Positions 49,282 to 61,240 of a DNA stretch of 64,000 nt are shown here, in pieces (the first letter of the stretch is position 1; the number at the start of each line of letters is the position of its first letter). Source of the stretch: an uncultured bacterium (GTDB lineage: Bacteria > Electryoneota > Electryoneia > Electryoneales > Electryoneaceae); NCBI GenBank assembly GCA_964538455.1, contig CAZIDZ010000010.1, positions 12,239 to 76,238 on the forward strand, written 5' to 3'. The notes below the pieces were generated by a model, which was given only the letters and a program-made list of their open reading frames with translations, made no database searches and was not told the origin of the DNA. The position numbers were made by a program, and so were the translations under genes.

Positions 49282-49842
49282 TTACTCTTCGCCCGCAGCC
49301 TGTTTCTTCTGGATGATCGCGTCGATGACGCCGACAAAACTCCGTAAAATCTCATGCAACACATTTACAAAACCGGAAAGTGGCGCCTGGATGCTTCCAA
49401 TGATCGTAGCGTAGATCAGCTCGATCGACGGGAGCTCCGTGATCACCTTCACCTTTTCCTTGTCGTAGAATTCCCCATCGACGAAGCCGCCCTTGAATTG
49501 CGGCTTTTTCTTCTCGTTTTTCTTCGCGAACTCCGCGACCACTTTCGCCGGCACCACCGGATCTTCGTACCCGATGGCAACCGCCGTCGGTCCCTCCAGG
49601 AGACCGGCGGAGATCACATCGATCCCCTTGTTGTGCAGGGCGATGTTGATCAGTGTGTTCTTGGCGACGACAAATTCGCTGTTCCCGGTTTCGAAGAATT
49701 TTCCGCGCAGTTCATTAATCTGCGCCACATTCAAGCCGCTGAAATCGGTGAAATACATCCCCTGGGCACGGCCGATTTTTTCTTCGAGTACGGCAACCGC
49801 CTCTTTCTTCGCCGGGTTCGCTTTCGCTTCGATGGCACCCAT
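49282..49842 (-). CDS. rplJ: 50S ribosomal protein L10
   Basis: Conserved position and sequence. Confidence 0.9.
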   Translation of the reverse strand: MGAIEAKANPAKKEAVAVLEEKIGRAQGMYFTDFSGLNVAQINELRGKFFETGNSEFVVAKNTLINIALHNKGIDVISAGLLEGPTAVAIGYEDPVVPAKVVAEFAKKNEKKKPQFKGGFVDGEFYDKEKVKVITELPSIELIYATIIGSIQAPLSGFVNVLHEILRSFVGVIDAIIQKKQAAGEE

Positions 49843-49891
49843 CGTTCTTTCCTCGCTGCGTCCGCGGAAATCGTTCGCGGAACCGGTCCGT

Positions 49892-50596
49892 CTACTTCAA
49901 CGCGTTCAGTGCATTCACTCGATCGATCTTGACACCCGGGCTCATCGTCGAGGACACCGTGATCTTCTGGACGTAGGTTCCCTTTACCGACGCCGGGCGC
50001 ATCCTGACAATCGTCCTCAGCACCTCGTTGACATTTTCCCGGAGCTGCTCGGTCCCGAAGGAGGATTTGCCGACGCCGACATGGACAATGCCATAGCGGT
50101 CCACACGGAAGTCGATGCGACCCGCTTTGACCTCCTTCACCGCTTCCGCGACGTCAAAGGTGACTGTGCCGGTTTTCGGGTTTGGCATCAGCCCGCGCGG
50201 CCCGAGCACCTTGCCGAGCTTTCCGACCTCACGCATGGCGTCGGGGGTGGCGACGACGACATCGAAGTCGAACCACCCACCGTTGATCTTCTCGATCAGA
50301 TCGTCATAGCCGACGTGATCGGCTCCCGCCTCGCGCGCCTCGACCTGCTTTTCGCCGGGAGTCAGCACCAGCACGCGCACGGTCTTGCCCGTACCGTGAG
50401 GCAGGGTGATCGTGCCGCGGATCATCTGGTCCGCCTTCCGGGGATCCACGCCGAGGTTGACGGTGAGCTCGACCGTCTCGTCGAACTTGCCCTTCGAAGC
50501 GAAATCCTTGACGAGGCCAAGGCTTTCATCGAGCTGGTATTCGCGGACACGGTCGATCTGTGCGATCGCATCCTTCCAGCGACGGCTTCGTTTCAT
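49892..50596 (-). CDS. rplA: 50S ribosomal protein L1
   Basis: Conserved L1. Confidence 0.95.
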   Translation of the reverse strand: MKRSRRWKDAIAQIDRVREYQLDESLGLVKDFASKGKFDETVELTVNLGVDPRKADQMIRGTITLPHGTGKTVRVLVLTPGEKQVEAREAGADHVGYDDLIEKINGGWFDFDVVVATPDAMREVGKLGKVLGPRGLMPNPKTGTVTFDVAEAVKEVKAGRIDFRVDRYGIVHVGVGKSSFGTEQLRENVNEVLRTIVRMRPASVKGTYVQKITVSSTMSPGVKIDRVNALNALK

Positions 50597-50599
50597 CGT

Positions 50600-51025
50600 T
50601 TACTGCTCCACCGTGACTCCCATCGACCGAGCCGTTCCCGCGATGATGTTCATCGCCGCCTCGACCGTATGGGCGTTCAAATCTCTCATCTTCAATTCGG
50701 CGATCTCACGAACCTGTTTCGAGGTGATCCTGCCGACCTTTTCGCGGTTCGACTCGCCTGATCCTTTTTCGATCTTCGCCGCCCGCTTGATCAGGTAGCT
50801 GGCCGGCGGGGTCTTGGTGATGAACGTGAAGGAATGGTCCTGGTAGACCGTCACTTCCACCGGGATCAAGACGCTCGGCTGGTCCTGCGTCTTGGCGTTG
50901 AACGCCTTGCAGAACTCCATGATGTTCACACCCTTCGGACCGAGCGCTGTGCCCACCGGGGGCGCAGGAGTCGCCTGTCCGCCGGGGATCACAAGCTTTG
51001 CCAGACCGATGACCTTCTTCGCCAT
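50600..51025 (-). CDS. rplK: 50S ribosomal protein L11
   Basis: Conserved L11. Confidence 0.95.
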   Translation of the reverse strand: MAKKVIGLAKLVIPGGQATPAPPVGTALGPKGVNIMEFCKAFNAKTQDQPSVLIPVEVTVYQDHSFTFITKTPPASYLIKRAAKIEKGSGESNREKVGRITSKQVREIAELKMRDLNAHTVEAAMNIIAGTARSMGVTVEQ

Positions 51026-51032
51026 GACTTCC

Positions 51033-51572
51033 TCACGACTCGGTAAAATCCGTGGTCACCTGGAGAAAATCCACTTCGACCGGCGTTTCGCGACCGAAGA
51101 TGGACACCAGGACCTTCAGCTTCCGTTTCTCGGCGTTGATCTCCTTGATCGTCCCCTGGAAGTCACGGAACGGACCGTCGGTGATCTTCACCACATCGTC
51201 CACGTCAAACGGAATTTCCACCGTCTGCGTGTCCGCTTTTTCTTCAACCCTGCCGAAGATGCGGTCCACCTCGTGGGGCTGAATCGGCTCGGGCTCCTGG
51301 CCCGTGCCGCCGATGAAACCGATCACACCGGGCGTATTGGTCACCAGGTGCTGAGTCTCGTTGTTCAGCTCCATTTCGATCAGCAGGTAGCCGGGGAAGA
51401 AGTTGCGGCGCTTGACCCGCTTCTTCCCCGCCCGCATTTCGACGATCTCTTCACTCGGAATCAGGATCCGGCCGATCAGCTCCTGGTAGCCGAGGCGTTC
51501 CACCTCGCGCTCCAGGTATTCCTTCACCCGGTTTTCCTGACTCGTGAAGACGTGTGTGACGTACCACTCCAT
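51033..51572 (-). CDS. nusG: transcription termination/antitermination factor NusG
   Basis: NGN and KOW domains. Confidence 0.9.
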   Translation of the reverse strand: MEWYVTHVFTSQENRVKEYLEREVERLGYQELIGRILIPSEEIVEMRAGKKRVKRRNFFPGYLLIEMELNNETQHLVTNTPGVIGFIGGTGQEPEPIQPHEVDRIFGRVEEKADTQTVEIPFDVDDVVKITDGPFRDFQGTIKEINAEKRKLKVLVSIFGRETPVEVDFLQVTTDFTES

Positions 51573-51584
51573 GGACGCTTCGAC

Positions 51585-51767
51585 TCAGATGATGAAGTTG
51601 ATCACACGGGAGATGATGAAATCCGCCGAGAAGATGAACAGGGCCAGGATCAGCGAGAGCAAGAGGGTGATCATGGTTGATTCCATGAGTTCCTCACGTC
51701 CCGGCCAGTTGACCTTGGCCATCTCCACCCGGACCCCCCGCAGATAGTTGGCAATCTTCCTGAACAT
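51585..51767 (-). CDS. secE: preprotein translocase subunit SecE
   Basis: 60 aa, single TM, conserved position before nusG. Confidence 0.8.
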   Translation of the reverse strand: MFRKIANYLRGVRVEMAKVNWPGREELMESTMITLLLSLILALFIFSADFIISRVINFII

Positions 51768-51854
51768 CGCTCATCCCATGTGTCGAACCACGCGGCGCAT
51801 TCACGTCCGGCGTGGGACCTGTCCTGACCGCTGGGGATTCTTGCCCAGCCCTTG

Positions 51855-51927
51855 CAGGACACGAGGGACTCGAACCCCCAACCCCCGGTTTTGGAGACCG
51901 GTGCTCTACCAATTGAGCTAGTGTCCT
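51855..51927 (-). tRNA. tRNA-Trp (anticodon CCA)
   Basis: AGGACACTAGCTCAATTGGTAGAGCACCGGTCTCCAAAACCGGGGGTTGGGGGTTCGAGTCCCTCGTGTCCTG; near-identical to E. coli tRNA-Trp. Confidence 0.9.
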
Positions 51928-52034
51928 GCGGCTCCCGTTGCCGGAAGCCCGCCCGCGTTTCCGCGGGCAAAGCTCAAATCCGCCCGTCTCCCTGCGGTGA
52001 CACTTAAAGAACGGAAGTCCCCTTTCCGCATTTG

Positions 52035-52202
52035 TCAGCGGGTCTCCCGGTGCGTTGTGTGACGGCCGCAAGACGGGCAGAATTTTTTGACTTCAAGACG
52101 CTCTGGGTGGATTCGCCGGTTTTTCGAGACGGTGTAGTTTCTGCTGCGACACTCGACGCACGCCAGCACCACCTTGTCACGCTTACCCGCTCCGGCCGCC
52201 AT
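52035..52202 (-). CDS. rpmG: 50S ribosomal protein L33 (55 aa; not in track)
   Basis: Minus-strand translation gives [55 protein letters not shown]. Confidence 0.85.
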   Translation of the reverse strand: MAAGAGKRDKVVLACVECRSRNYTVSKNRRIHPERLEVKKFCPSCGRHTTHRETR

Positions 52203-52306
52203 CGCTCTTCATCCGTGATGCGGTTTCCACTCCCCCCGGCAGTACGCCGTACGGGGAGCCAATCCTCTGCGCCGAAGCTCCGGCCCCAGGAGAACGTCTT
52301 CGCCGC

Positions 52307-53497
<1,191 letters not shown>

Positions 53498-53563
53498 GAA
53501 CCAAGCCTCCTAGGTGGACCGGAGCCAGGCTCCGGCGTTCCTCGTTGTTCGCGTTTCTCCCTG

Positions 53564-53636
<73 letters not shown>

Positions 53637-53871
53637 GAACCTGACGTTCGACGCTGTGCTGCCCCAAGGCTTTCTCCGCCTACCGGCGGATTCGCGAAGC
53701 GGCAAGATCTGGCATGTGACACCGTGCTATCTCAAAGCGTCACCCGCTCGCAGCGGATTCACGGGCAGCCATAACAAAGAGCGCAACTCCCGATCGAACA
53801 GCCGGGAATACAACTTTCAGTGAACTGCAACGACATCGTTCGCGGGCACTCTTTCGAATCCGCCCACGTTG

Positions 53872-53944
53872 AGCGGGAGACGGGACTCGAACCCGCTACA
53901 TCCAGCTTGGAAGGCTGGTGCTCTACCAGGTGAGCTACTCCCGC
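53872..53944 (-). tRNA. tRNA-Gly (anticodon TCC)
   Basis: GCGGGAGTAGCTCACCTGGTAGAGCACCAGCCTTCCAAGCTGGATGTAGCGGGTTCGAGTCCCGTCTCCCGCT. Confidence 0.9.
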
Positions 53945-54091
53945 AAGCCGGAAGTCCGGCGCCAAGGGCGGCCTGGAGTGCTTCGCACTCGCGCCGCGAA
54001 CACAACAGAACCTTCCAAACTCTCCGCCAAGCCTCGGCCTTTCGCCGTACTGTGCAAGCCTTGCCACGACACTCGGCTCCAGCAACTCCGC

Positions 54092-54177
54092 TGGTGGGGG
54101 GGGTAGGATTCGAACCTACGAAGGCGTCCGCCGGCAGATTTACAGTCTGCTCCCTTTGACCGCTCGGGAACCCCCCC
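54092..54177 (-). tRNA. tRNA-Tyr (anticodon GTA), long variable arm, genomically encoded CCA
   Basis: GGGGGGGTTCCCGAGCGGTCAAAGGGAGCAGACTGTAAATCTGCCGGCGGACGCCTTCGTAGGTTCGAATCCTACCCCCCCACCA. Confidence 0.9.
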
Positions 54178-54354
54178 GATCGGATCATTCGCTTGCAAAG
54201 AGCAACCCTGAAAACACACAAAATGTGACCACGTTTAGAAGACCAGGTGGCTGGCACTCCGCCTATGCTGGGGCGAAGGCCTCCCTGCTCCACGTCACGC
54301 GTCACTTCCTCCAGCCAGCGGTGGTCCGGACCCGAAGCCCGTACCCGCCAGCCG

Positions 54355-54427
54355 AGCCGGCGAAGGGACTCGAACCCTTGACCACCGGATTACAAATCCG
54401 GAGCTCTACCAACTGAGCTACACCGGC
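54355..54427 (-). tRNA. tRNA-Thr (anticodon TGT)
   Basis: GCCGGTGTAGCTCAGTTGGTAGAGCTCCGGATTTGTAATCCGGTGGTCAAGGGTTCGAGTCCCTTCGCCGGCT. Confidence 0.9.
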
Positions 54428-54655
54428 AGTCAGTGGGCACCGCAACTTGACTATAAACCGATGGTTGTGCACGTTGCGGCCCCGTAAAACCCGTAGCCTG
54501 TTACTATACGCCCTCGATCCTTTCGAGTCAAGGGTGTTTTCGCTATCGGCTCCCAACAGGGAATACAGGTGACAAGCGGGTTTTTCCCCGTTTCACCTGC
54601 GCGAGGAAGCGCATGATACAGCCGTGTGCCCAGGGATGACAAAAGGACGGATCCG

Positions 54656-55207
54656 TTACTTCGTCTCCGCGAGCAGGGGAAGGATCATCGCTGACCAGGC
54701 CGTTTTGTCCTGCACGCCAATGTGGGTGTAGCGCACCACCCCGTCCGGACCGACGAGATAGCTTGTCGGGATTACGCCACGGTCCGACGCCGGAAGCAGT
54801 TGCTGCCAGACGTTGTACACGTCATTGTCCACGATCGCGATGGGATAGTTCACCGTGTTCATTGCCATCCACTTGCGGACGACGGACTCGCCACCCCGAT
54901 CTACAGATAGCCCGACAATGGCCAGTCCCCGATCTCCATATTCCTTTTGAAGTTCCACAAAATCAGGAATTTCCGCGCGGCAAGGACCGCACCATGTCGC
55001 CCAGAAGTTGACGAGCACCGTTTTGCCTCTTAATTTTTCGAGAGAAAGTGGATTCCCTTGCATATCAGTGAGCGTAAATCCTGGTGCTTCTTGAGTTTGC
55101 GGCTGTTCCTGCTGACCGTCCGCGCCAATCCACGGCTGCACGCTGAAGAGGATCGCAAGCCCCAGGCTGAGCACCGCTCCAATCGCGTAAAGTGTTTGTT
55201 TTCTCAA
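54656..55207 (-). CDS. TlpA/ResA-like periplasmic thiol-disulfide oxidoreductase
   Basis: VLVNFWATWCGPCRAEIP thioredoxin-fold CxxC motif, N-terminal membrane anchor. Confidence 0.8.
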   Translation of the reverse strand: MRKQTLYAIGAVLSLGLAILFSVQPWIGADGQQEQPQTQEAPGFTLTDMQGNPLSLEKLRGKTVLVNFWATWCGPCRAEIPDFVELQKEYGDRGLAIVGLSVDRGGESVVRKWMAMNTVNYPIAIVDNDVYNVWQQLLPASDRGVIPTSYLVGPDGVVRYTHIGVQDKTAWSAMILPLLAETK

Positions 55208-55210
55208 TTC

Positions 55211-55534
55211 TTATCCCTGTTCAAGGTGGTCGTCGAAACGCTCGATGAGCTTCTGCTTGGAGACGAGGCCGGTGATCTGCTCGCGAACCTGACCGTCACG
55301 GAAGAAGAGAACGCGCGGAACGGACAGCACCCTGTACTTCTGGGCGGTCACAGGGGCTTCGCCAACGTCCAGCTTGCGCACCTTCACCCGGTCGCCATAC
55401 TGCTGCGCCAACTCCTCGAGCATCGGATCGAGCTTCTTGCAGGGCCCGCACCATGTCGCGCCGAAATCCACGATCACCAGGCCGTCTGCGTTGGTCACTT
55501 CCTGATCAAACGTCGCGTCGTTCACCGTCTCCAT
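55211..55534 (-). CDS. trxA: thioredoxin (107 aa)
   Basis: METVNDATFDQEV...IVDFGATWCGPCKKLDP. Start refined from the 357-aa track ORF. Confidence 0.85.
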   Translation of the reverse strand: METVNDATFDQEVTNADGLVIVDFGATWCGPCKKLDPMLEELAQQYGDRVKVRKLDVGEAPVTAQKYRVLSVPRVLFFRDGQVREQITGLVSKQKLIERFDDHLEQG

Positions 55535-55617
55535 GCCCATCTCCGCGTCAGTGAGTGAAAAAGCCAATGCCTGAACGTGTATTGTCAAAATCACAGGCAA
55601 GCTACAAACAACCGCTG

Positions 55618-57519
55618 TTACCCCGCATGCTTCGCCAACCAGGAAACAACCTCTTCGGGCGCTTTGTAGGAGGTGAACCGGGCGCGCTCGACCCCGTCCG
55701 GTCCGAGGATCAGCACGGTGGGCAATCCACCTACGCCGTACTGTTTTCGCAACGCTTCTTTTTCTGGAGTGGCGCGTGTGTAGTCGAGCTTCAGCGGGAT
55801 GTAGCCCTTTGCCGCCGCCATCACTGCCGCCTGATTCCAGACCTTGTGCTCGAGTTCGACGCAGACGCCGCACCAGTCGGCGTAGAAATCGATCAGCACC
55901 GGTTTGTTCTCGTCCATCGCCTTTTTCAGCGCCCCAGCGTGATCGTCGACGATCCAGGGGACTGCCGCCTTGTGCACGTCGGCCGCGCTGCCTTCGACAG
56001 CACCAGCGGCCACACCTGCGAGCTGAATGCCGTTGACTCTCGCGAAACCCAGCAGGAAATAGAACGCCCCGGCGAGCACCAGCAGCAGGCCGAGTCCCTT
56101 GCCGTATCTGCCCGCGTTCGACAGCTCCTCCCAGCGTCGCGCGGCACCGATGAACAGGCCAACGAAGAGAACGAACGCTCCGAGCAGGACTGTGAACAGG
56201 TCCGCCGGAATCAACAGCCGGATATAATAAAGGGCGACAGCGAAAATCACGATTCCCAGCCCTTTCTTGACCGTCTCCATCCACTCCCCCGCCTTGGGAA
56301 GCGCGGTGAGCGCACCTGCGAAGGTGCCAATCACGATAAACAGCACGCCCAATCCGAGGGCGAAGGTAGCCATCAGTGCGAAACCGAGAATAAGGTTGCC
56401 AGTGTTGCCGATCCAGCTCAACAGCACCAGCAGCGGCGGTCCGGCGCAGGGTGCGGCGACGATTCCGGTGACGCCGCCAATCAAAACGGCACCGATCAGT
56501 CCCTTGCGCTCCCCACCGGTAAGCTTGCCCTGGATCGCCGCGGGAACGGTGATATCAAACGCTCCCAGCATCGACGCGCCCAAAGCCACGAAGATCGCGA
56601 CGATTACCCAGAGGACGACCGGATTCTGCATGAACGCGCCGAACAATGAGCCGGTGGCCCCGGCGATCACCCCCAGGATCGAGTAGGTGATGACCAGCCC
56701 GAGGACAAAAAAGACGCTGAGAATGAAACCCTTGAACCGGCTCCCCCCCGCACCGGACCCGACAAAGCCGATGATGATCGGGATCATCGGGTAGACGCAG
56801 GGAGTGAAGCTGATCAGAATGCCCGCCAGAAAGACGAGCAGGAACGCCGCGATCGATCCCCGCTGCAGCGCCGCGGTGAGCCTGTCCTCCAGCCGCGCCT
56901 GATTCGCCGGAACAACGGTCGAGGTTTCAGCGCCGGTCGCCGTTTCAAGTGCGGTTCCGCCGAAGATCGTATTTGCACTGGGGATCGGCGTCGAACCAGG
57001 CTCCAGCACAGTCAATGCGGTTGAGAGATCGGCGCCGTTGGGGAGGAAACAGACCTCGGGCTCCGACTCGCGGCAGAGCTGCCAGTTGAGCCTCACCGGG
57101 ATCGCATACTCGCCCGGTTTCACCGAGGCACTCACGTGGAGCAGCAGTTTTATCGCTACGGTGCCGCGATAGTTCTCCTCACCTTTTTCGACTTCCCCCA
57201 GAGGATATTCGGTCGAGGCGATGGTGATGCCCTGCGGCAGCTTTGGATCAACGGAAAAGAGTCCGAAGGATTTGTCCGTGATGTGGTGGTTGTCCGGAAT
57301 GTCGAAGACTGCCGCGAGAGTGATCTCTCCGCCCGGCGCGACTCCTGACTGCGACCAGACGACGTCCGTGGGCACCGGCGGTTCGCCGACGTTCTGCGCG
57401 AGAAGAGGCACTGCGAAGAGCAGAGCGGAGCACAATAAAGGAATCATCACACTTCGCGGATTCGGCATGGATCCCTCTCCTTTTCCCTTCCTGGATTCTG
57501 ACCGGTGCAGGACTTTCAC
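55618..57519 (-). CDS. dsbD: thiol:disulfide interchange protein DsbD (transmembrane core plus C-terminal thioredoxin domain)
   Basis: CcdA/DsbD core with paired Cys (FTPCVYPMIP, AAPCAGPPL). The C-terminus has FYADWCGVCVELE. The start is probably at MPNPRSVMIPLL (about 57468). Confidence 0.85.
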   Translation of the reverse strand: MKVLHRSESRKGKGEGSMPNPRSVMIPLLCSALLFAVPLLAQNVGEPPVPTDVVWSQSGVAPGGEITLAAVFDIPDNHHITDKSFGLFSVDPKLPQGITIASTEYPLGEVEKGEENYRGTVAIKLLLHVSASVKPGEYAIPVRLNWQLCRESEPEVCFLPNGADLSTALTVLEPGSTPIPSANTIFGGTALETATGAETSTVVPANQARLEDRLTAALQRGSIAAFLLVFLAGILISFTPCVYPMIPIIIGFVGSGAGGSRFKGFILSVFFVLGLVITYSILGVIAGATGSLFGAFMQNPVVLWVIVAIFVALGASMLGAFDITVPAAIQGKLTGGERKGLIGAVLIGGVTGIVAAPCAGPPLLVLLSWIGNTGNLILGFALMATFALGLGVLFIVIGTFAGALTALPKAGEWMETVKKGLGIVIFAVALYYIRLLIPADLFTVLLGAFVLFVGLFIGAARRWEELSNAGRYGKGLGLLLVLAGAFYFLLGFARVNGIQLAGVAAGAVEGSAADVHKAAVPWIVDDHAGALKKAMDENKPVLIDFYADWCGVCVELEHKVWNQAAVMAAAKGYIPLKLDYTRATPEKEALRKQYGVGGLPTVLILGPDGVERARFTSYKAPEEVVSWLAKHAG

Positions 57520-58455
57520 CTATTTGGATTGCCCGACGTTCACTGTCTCTTCTACGATAAAAGCGCCGGGGTAGCCCAATGTTGCAAGGCGGTCGAGTCG
57601 CGAATTGGCATCCATCTTCGCCGTGAAATCACCGAGACGAACCTTGTACACACCATCCACTTCGACGATATAGGCGCGCAAACCGGTGCGCGCCTCCGCC
57701 TGTTTCGCCTCCTGCTCGGCAGCGGCTTGTGTGCTCACGCTCATCACCTGGATGCGAAAACCGGGCGCGGTGACAGGCGCCGGTGCGGCGGAGCTGGTAT
57801 CCGCCTTCAGCTGTTCGGAAGAAACCGCGGAGGTGTCGCTTTTTTCACCGCCCGGCCCCACGACAACAGGCGCCTGGACGACAAACGCATCGCTATACCC
57901 CTTGTCCCTGAGAACATCGCGCAGCGAGTCGGCGCTCTCCCGTTGGATGTAGTTGCCCACGAGGAGGATGTAATGATCTTCGAGGTAGCGGAGGTGCACA
58001 GGCAATCCCGGGAGCCGCATCTTCAGCTCGGCATCGGCCGCATTGACCACCTGCTTGTCCGTGTAGGAACCCACCTGGACCTTCCACCCTTTGCCCAGCT
58101 CCGGGGGTTCCTCGCCGGGAGCCTGCGGGCCGCCGTTGGGGATGAACCCCTCTTTGTTAAGGCTGTCAGGAGGAAGCGGATAGGCCTCTTCGGGGAGCGA
58201 GAGCTCATCGGTCGGAGTCGGCTCGATGACGGTCATGCCGTCGGGACGCGCGGGCGTCTGCGAAACCGCCGTTTCCGTGGTTGCGCCGGCTTGTGCGAGT
58301 GTATCCCCCGAAGCCGCTGCGGCTGAAGTGTCGGCCGGGAGCGGAGTCGCTGTCAACACCGGAATCTTCTGCTGCGAACCGACGAAGGGACGAATGCCCG
58401 CGCATCCGGATGCGATCAGCGCGGCAATAGTGACCAACAGAGCTATGTGCTTCAT
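57520..58455 (-). CDS. lipoprotein with two SPOR (peptidoglycan-binding) domains
   Basis: Lipobox LIASGC. Two SPOR-like repeats: WKVQVGSYTDKQ... and FRIQVMSVSTQAAA...YKVRLGDF. Confidence 0.65.
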   Translation of the reverse strand: MKHIALLVTIAALIASGCAGIRPFVGSQQKIPVLTATPLPADTSAAAASGDTLAQAGATTETAVSQTPARPDGMTVIEPTPTDELSLPEEAYPLPPDSLNKEGFIPNGGPQAPGEEPPELGKGWKVQVGSYTDKQVVNAADAELKMRLPGLPVHLRYLEDHYILLVGNYIQRESADSLRDVLRDKGYSDAFVVQAPVVVGPGGEKSDTSAVSSEQLKADTSSAAPAPVTAPGFRIQVMSVSTQAAAEQEAKQAEARTGLRAYIVEVDGVYKVRLGDFTAKMDANSRLDRLATLGYPGAFIVEETVNVGQSK

Positions 58456-58710
58456 AGGATTCTCCGCTGCAACGTGACCCCACTGGCACCGTTCGGCCGC
58501 CGGGGAGTTCCGGTTTTGGACAAACCTCGCGAGCGCACTCCACGGGGCGTTCCAATATGGGGGCGGGGTGCGGATTGGTCAAGGCCGTTGATCGCTCACG
58601 GCGCCGTCCGGCACGCGCTTTGTTCAACCCTTCACAAGTCCGTATATTGGCGTCCCGACGGGACTTTCCTGCGGTGGGGAAGGCGCCGGATTACCGAGGA
58701 GGAGTTCAGC

Positions 58711-59826
58711 ATGATCGTCGGAATTCCCCGTGAACGGTTCGTGGACGAACGTCGTGTGGGACTCGCTCCGGCCGGAGTCCGTTCACTCGTGGAACTTGGA
58801 GCGACGGTGTATGTGGAGGACGCGGCGGGGGCGGCTGCCGGGTGGAGCAATGATGAATATGAGCAGGCGGGCGGAACGATCGCCCACAGTCCCGAAGAGG
58901 TGTTCGGCCGCGCAGACCTTCTGATCAAAATGCTCACCCCTGATCTCGCAGAAAGCGAGATGATGCGCGAGGACCAGGTGATCCTCTCCTTTCTGCAACT
59001 CCCGCTCGCCCGCCGGGAAATGTTCCAGAACCTCGTCGATCGAGGGATGACTGCTGTCGCCCTTGAAAACATTGAAAACGAGAACGGACATCCGGTCCGG
59101 CGGGCAATGAGCGAGATCGCCGGGCCAATCGCGGTGCATGTTGCGGCGGACTACCTCAGCGCGGACCGCGGAGGACGCGGCGTTCTGATCGGCGGGGTGC
59201 CCGGCGTCCCGCCCGCGAGCGTCGGGATTATCGGCGCTGGAGTAGTCGGCACAGCCGCCGCTGAAACGGCGCTCAACCTCGGCGCAAGCGTGATCCTCGT
59301 CGATCACCGGATCGCACCGCTGCGGTACGCTCTCTATCATTTCGGAAAACGGCTCCAAACAAGCGTGCTCAACGAAACCAACGTTGAGAAACTCTGCCGC
59401 TTCGTTGACGTCCTGATCACCGCCGTACTGGTCGAAGACTATCCGACGCCCCACGTGGTCACCCGGGAACATGTCAAGATGATGAAACCGCGCAGCGTGA
59501 TCGTGGACGTCGCCATCGACCAGGGCGGAACGGTCGAGACCAGCCGCCCGACTACCCTCTCCAGTCCCACGTATGTGGAGGAAAACATCATCCACTACTG
59601 CGTCCCGAACATGGCGGCCAAGGTTCCGCGCACCGCGACACGGGCGTTCATGAACCAGGTGCTGCCGTTCGCGCGGAGAATCGTCAGGGGCGGCATCAAA
59701 CACGCCCTGCTCGAACACCCCTACCTGATCACCGGGCTCAACCTCTACGAGGGACATGTGACTCGTGAGGCAGTCGGCAAGGCGTTCGGCGTGGAGTGGG
59801 TGGAAGCCTCGGGGGTGGTGCGATGA
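58711..59826 (+). CDS. alanine dehydrogenase / PNT-alpha family NAD(P)-dependent dehydrogenase
   Basis: MIVGIPRE... (start at M89 of the track ORF); Rossmann motif GIIGAGVVGTAAA. Confidence 0.7.
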   Translation: MIVGIPRERFVDERRVGLAPAGVRSLVELGATVYVEDAAGAAAGWSNDEYEQAGGTIAHSPEEVFGRADLLIKMLTPDLAESEMMREDQVILSFLQLPLARREMFQNLVDRGMTAVALENIENENGHPVRRAMSEIAGPIAVHVAADYLSADRGGRGVLIGGVPGVPPASVGIIGAGVVGTAAAETALNLGASVILVDHRIAPLRYALYHFGKRLQTSVLNETNVEKLCRFVDVLITAVLVEDYPTPHVVTREHVKMMKPRSVIVDVAIDQGGTVETSRPTTLSSPTYVEENIIHYCVPNMAAKVPRTATRAFMNQVLPFARRIVRGGIKHALLEHPYLITGLNLYEGHVTREAVGKAFGVEWVEASGVVR

Positions 59827-61136
59827 AATGGCTCGAACGGTACCAGGCGAAACGGTGCACTCCCGCTGAAGCTGTGTCCGTCATCGAGAGCGGGAACCGT
59901 GTCGCCATCCAGCCCGGGTGCGCCGTTCCGAACCAGCTTGTCAACGCCATGGTCGCCCGCGCCGATCAGCTCAAAGATGTGGAGGTGGTGCACATCCTGA
60001 CGATGGGCGAGGCGCCTTACATGGACCCGAAATACGAGGGGATCTTCCGCCACCGTGCGCTGTTCATCGGCCACAACGCGCGCAAAGCGGTCGCCGAGGG
60101 GCGCGCCGACGCGATGGCAATCCACCTCGGCCAGGTCCCGAAACTCTTTTCTTCGGGCACGCTGCCAGTGAACGTCGCGCTGATCCACGTCAGTCCGCCC
60201 GACGAACACGGCTTCTGCTCCTTCGGCACCGACGTCGGCACGATCAAAGCGGCGGCGGACAACGCGAAACACGTCGTCGCACAGGTGAACCCGAAAATGC
60301 CACGCGCGCTCGGCGATTGCTTCATCCACGTCAACAAGCTGGACCGTGTCGTCGAGGCGGAGGAGGAACTCGTCGAGATGGCGCAGTTCGTGTTCGATCC
60401 GGACGACCCGACCACGAAGGTGCCGATGAAGATCGGCGAGAACATCGTCGAACTGATCGAGGACGGCTCGACGCTGCAGATGGGGATCGGCACCATTCCC
60501 GACGCCGTTCTCTACCACCTGCGCGAAAAACGGGACCTGGGGATTCATTCCGAGATGTTCAGCGACGGCGTCGTGGACCTTGTGGAAGAGGGGATCATCA
60601 CCAACGAGAAAAAGACGATCAATCGGAACAAGATCGTCGCCGGGTTCGTGCTCGGGACGAAAAAGACCTTCGACTTCATCGACAACAACCCGATCGCCGA
60701 GTTCCGCCCGACGGAATATGTCAACGACATCAACATCATCGCGCAGCACGACAACATGGTGGCGATCAACAGCGCGATCGAGGTGGACATCACCGGCCAG
60801 GTCTGCGCCGACAGCATCGGTCCGCGCCTGTTCAGCGGCTTCGGCGGGCAGGTGGATTTCATCCGCGGCGCGGCGATGTCCAACGGCGGCAAACCGATCA
60901 TCGCGATGCCGAGCACCGCGAAAGACGACACGATCAGCCGCATCGTCCCGCAACTGAAACCGGGAGCGGGCGTGGTCACAACCCGTGCGGATGTCCACTG
61001 GCTGGTCACCGAATACGGCGCGGTGAACCTGTACGGCAAGAGCTACCGCGAACGGGCGAAACTGCTGATCTCCATCGCCCACCCGAACTTCCGCGACGAG
61101 CTGGAGAAGTACGCGAAGGAACAGAACCTGCTTTAG
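59823..61136 (+). CDS. acetyl-CoA hydrolase/transferase family protein (4-hydroxybutyrate / succinyl-CoA:acetate CoA-transferase-like)
   Basis: MKWLERYQAKRCTPAEAVSVIESGNRVAI... family signature; ATGA overlap with the upstream stop. Confidence 0.8.
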   Translation: MKWLERYQAKRCTPAEAVSVIESGNRVAIQPGCAVPNQLVNAMVARADQLKDVEVVHILTMGEAPYMDPKYEGIFRHRALFIGHNARKAVAEGRADAMAIHLGQVPKLFSSGTLPVNVALIHVSPPDEHGFCSFGTDVGTIKAAADNAKHVVAQVNPKMPRALGDCFIHVNKLDRVVEAEEELVEMAQFVFDPDDPTTKVPMKIGENIVELIEDGSTLQMGIGTIPDAVLYHLREKRDLGIHSEMFSDGVVDLVEEGIITNEKKTINRNKIVAGFVLGTKKTFDFIDNNPIAEFRPTEYVNDINIIAQHDNMVAINSAIEVDITGQVCADSIGPRLFSGFGGQVDFIRGAAMSNGGKPIIAMPSTAKDDTISRIVPQLKPGAGVVTTRADVHWLVTEYGAVNLYGKSYRERAKLLISIAHPNFRDELEKYAKEQNLL

Positions 61137-61211
61137 ATGTCATTGCGAGCGAAGCGAAGCAATCTCGCTGTCGTCATCCTGAACGAAGTGAAGGACCTAT
61201 GTGTTAAACGT

Positions 61212-61240
61212 CCGGCAACTTGCCGGGCGTTTCTTTTGTT
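61212..61240 (+). terminator. rho-independent terminator
   Basis: CCGGCAACUUGCCGG hairpin followed by GCGUUUCUUUUGUU. It could end the CoA-transferase transcript and/or a small RNA encoded in 61137-61240. Confidence 0.55.

Noticed and set aside
53759-54305. ORFs 53759..54085 and 53817..54305 (minus) and 53869..54159, 54156..54416 (+) in the tRNA cluster.
   Set aside because: They are classic translations of tRNA genes (for example AGVAHLVEHQPSKLDVAGSSPVSRS). The region is explained by four tRNAs.
59918-61207. 429-aa + ORF in an alternative frame of the CoA-transferase gene.
   Set aside because: Arg/Gly-rich out-of-frame translation. The 59823..61136 frame has clear CoA-transferase homology.
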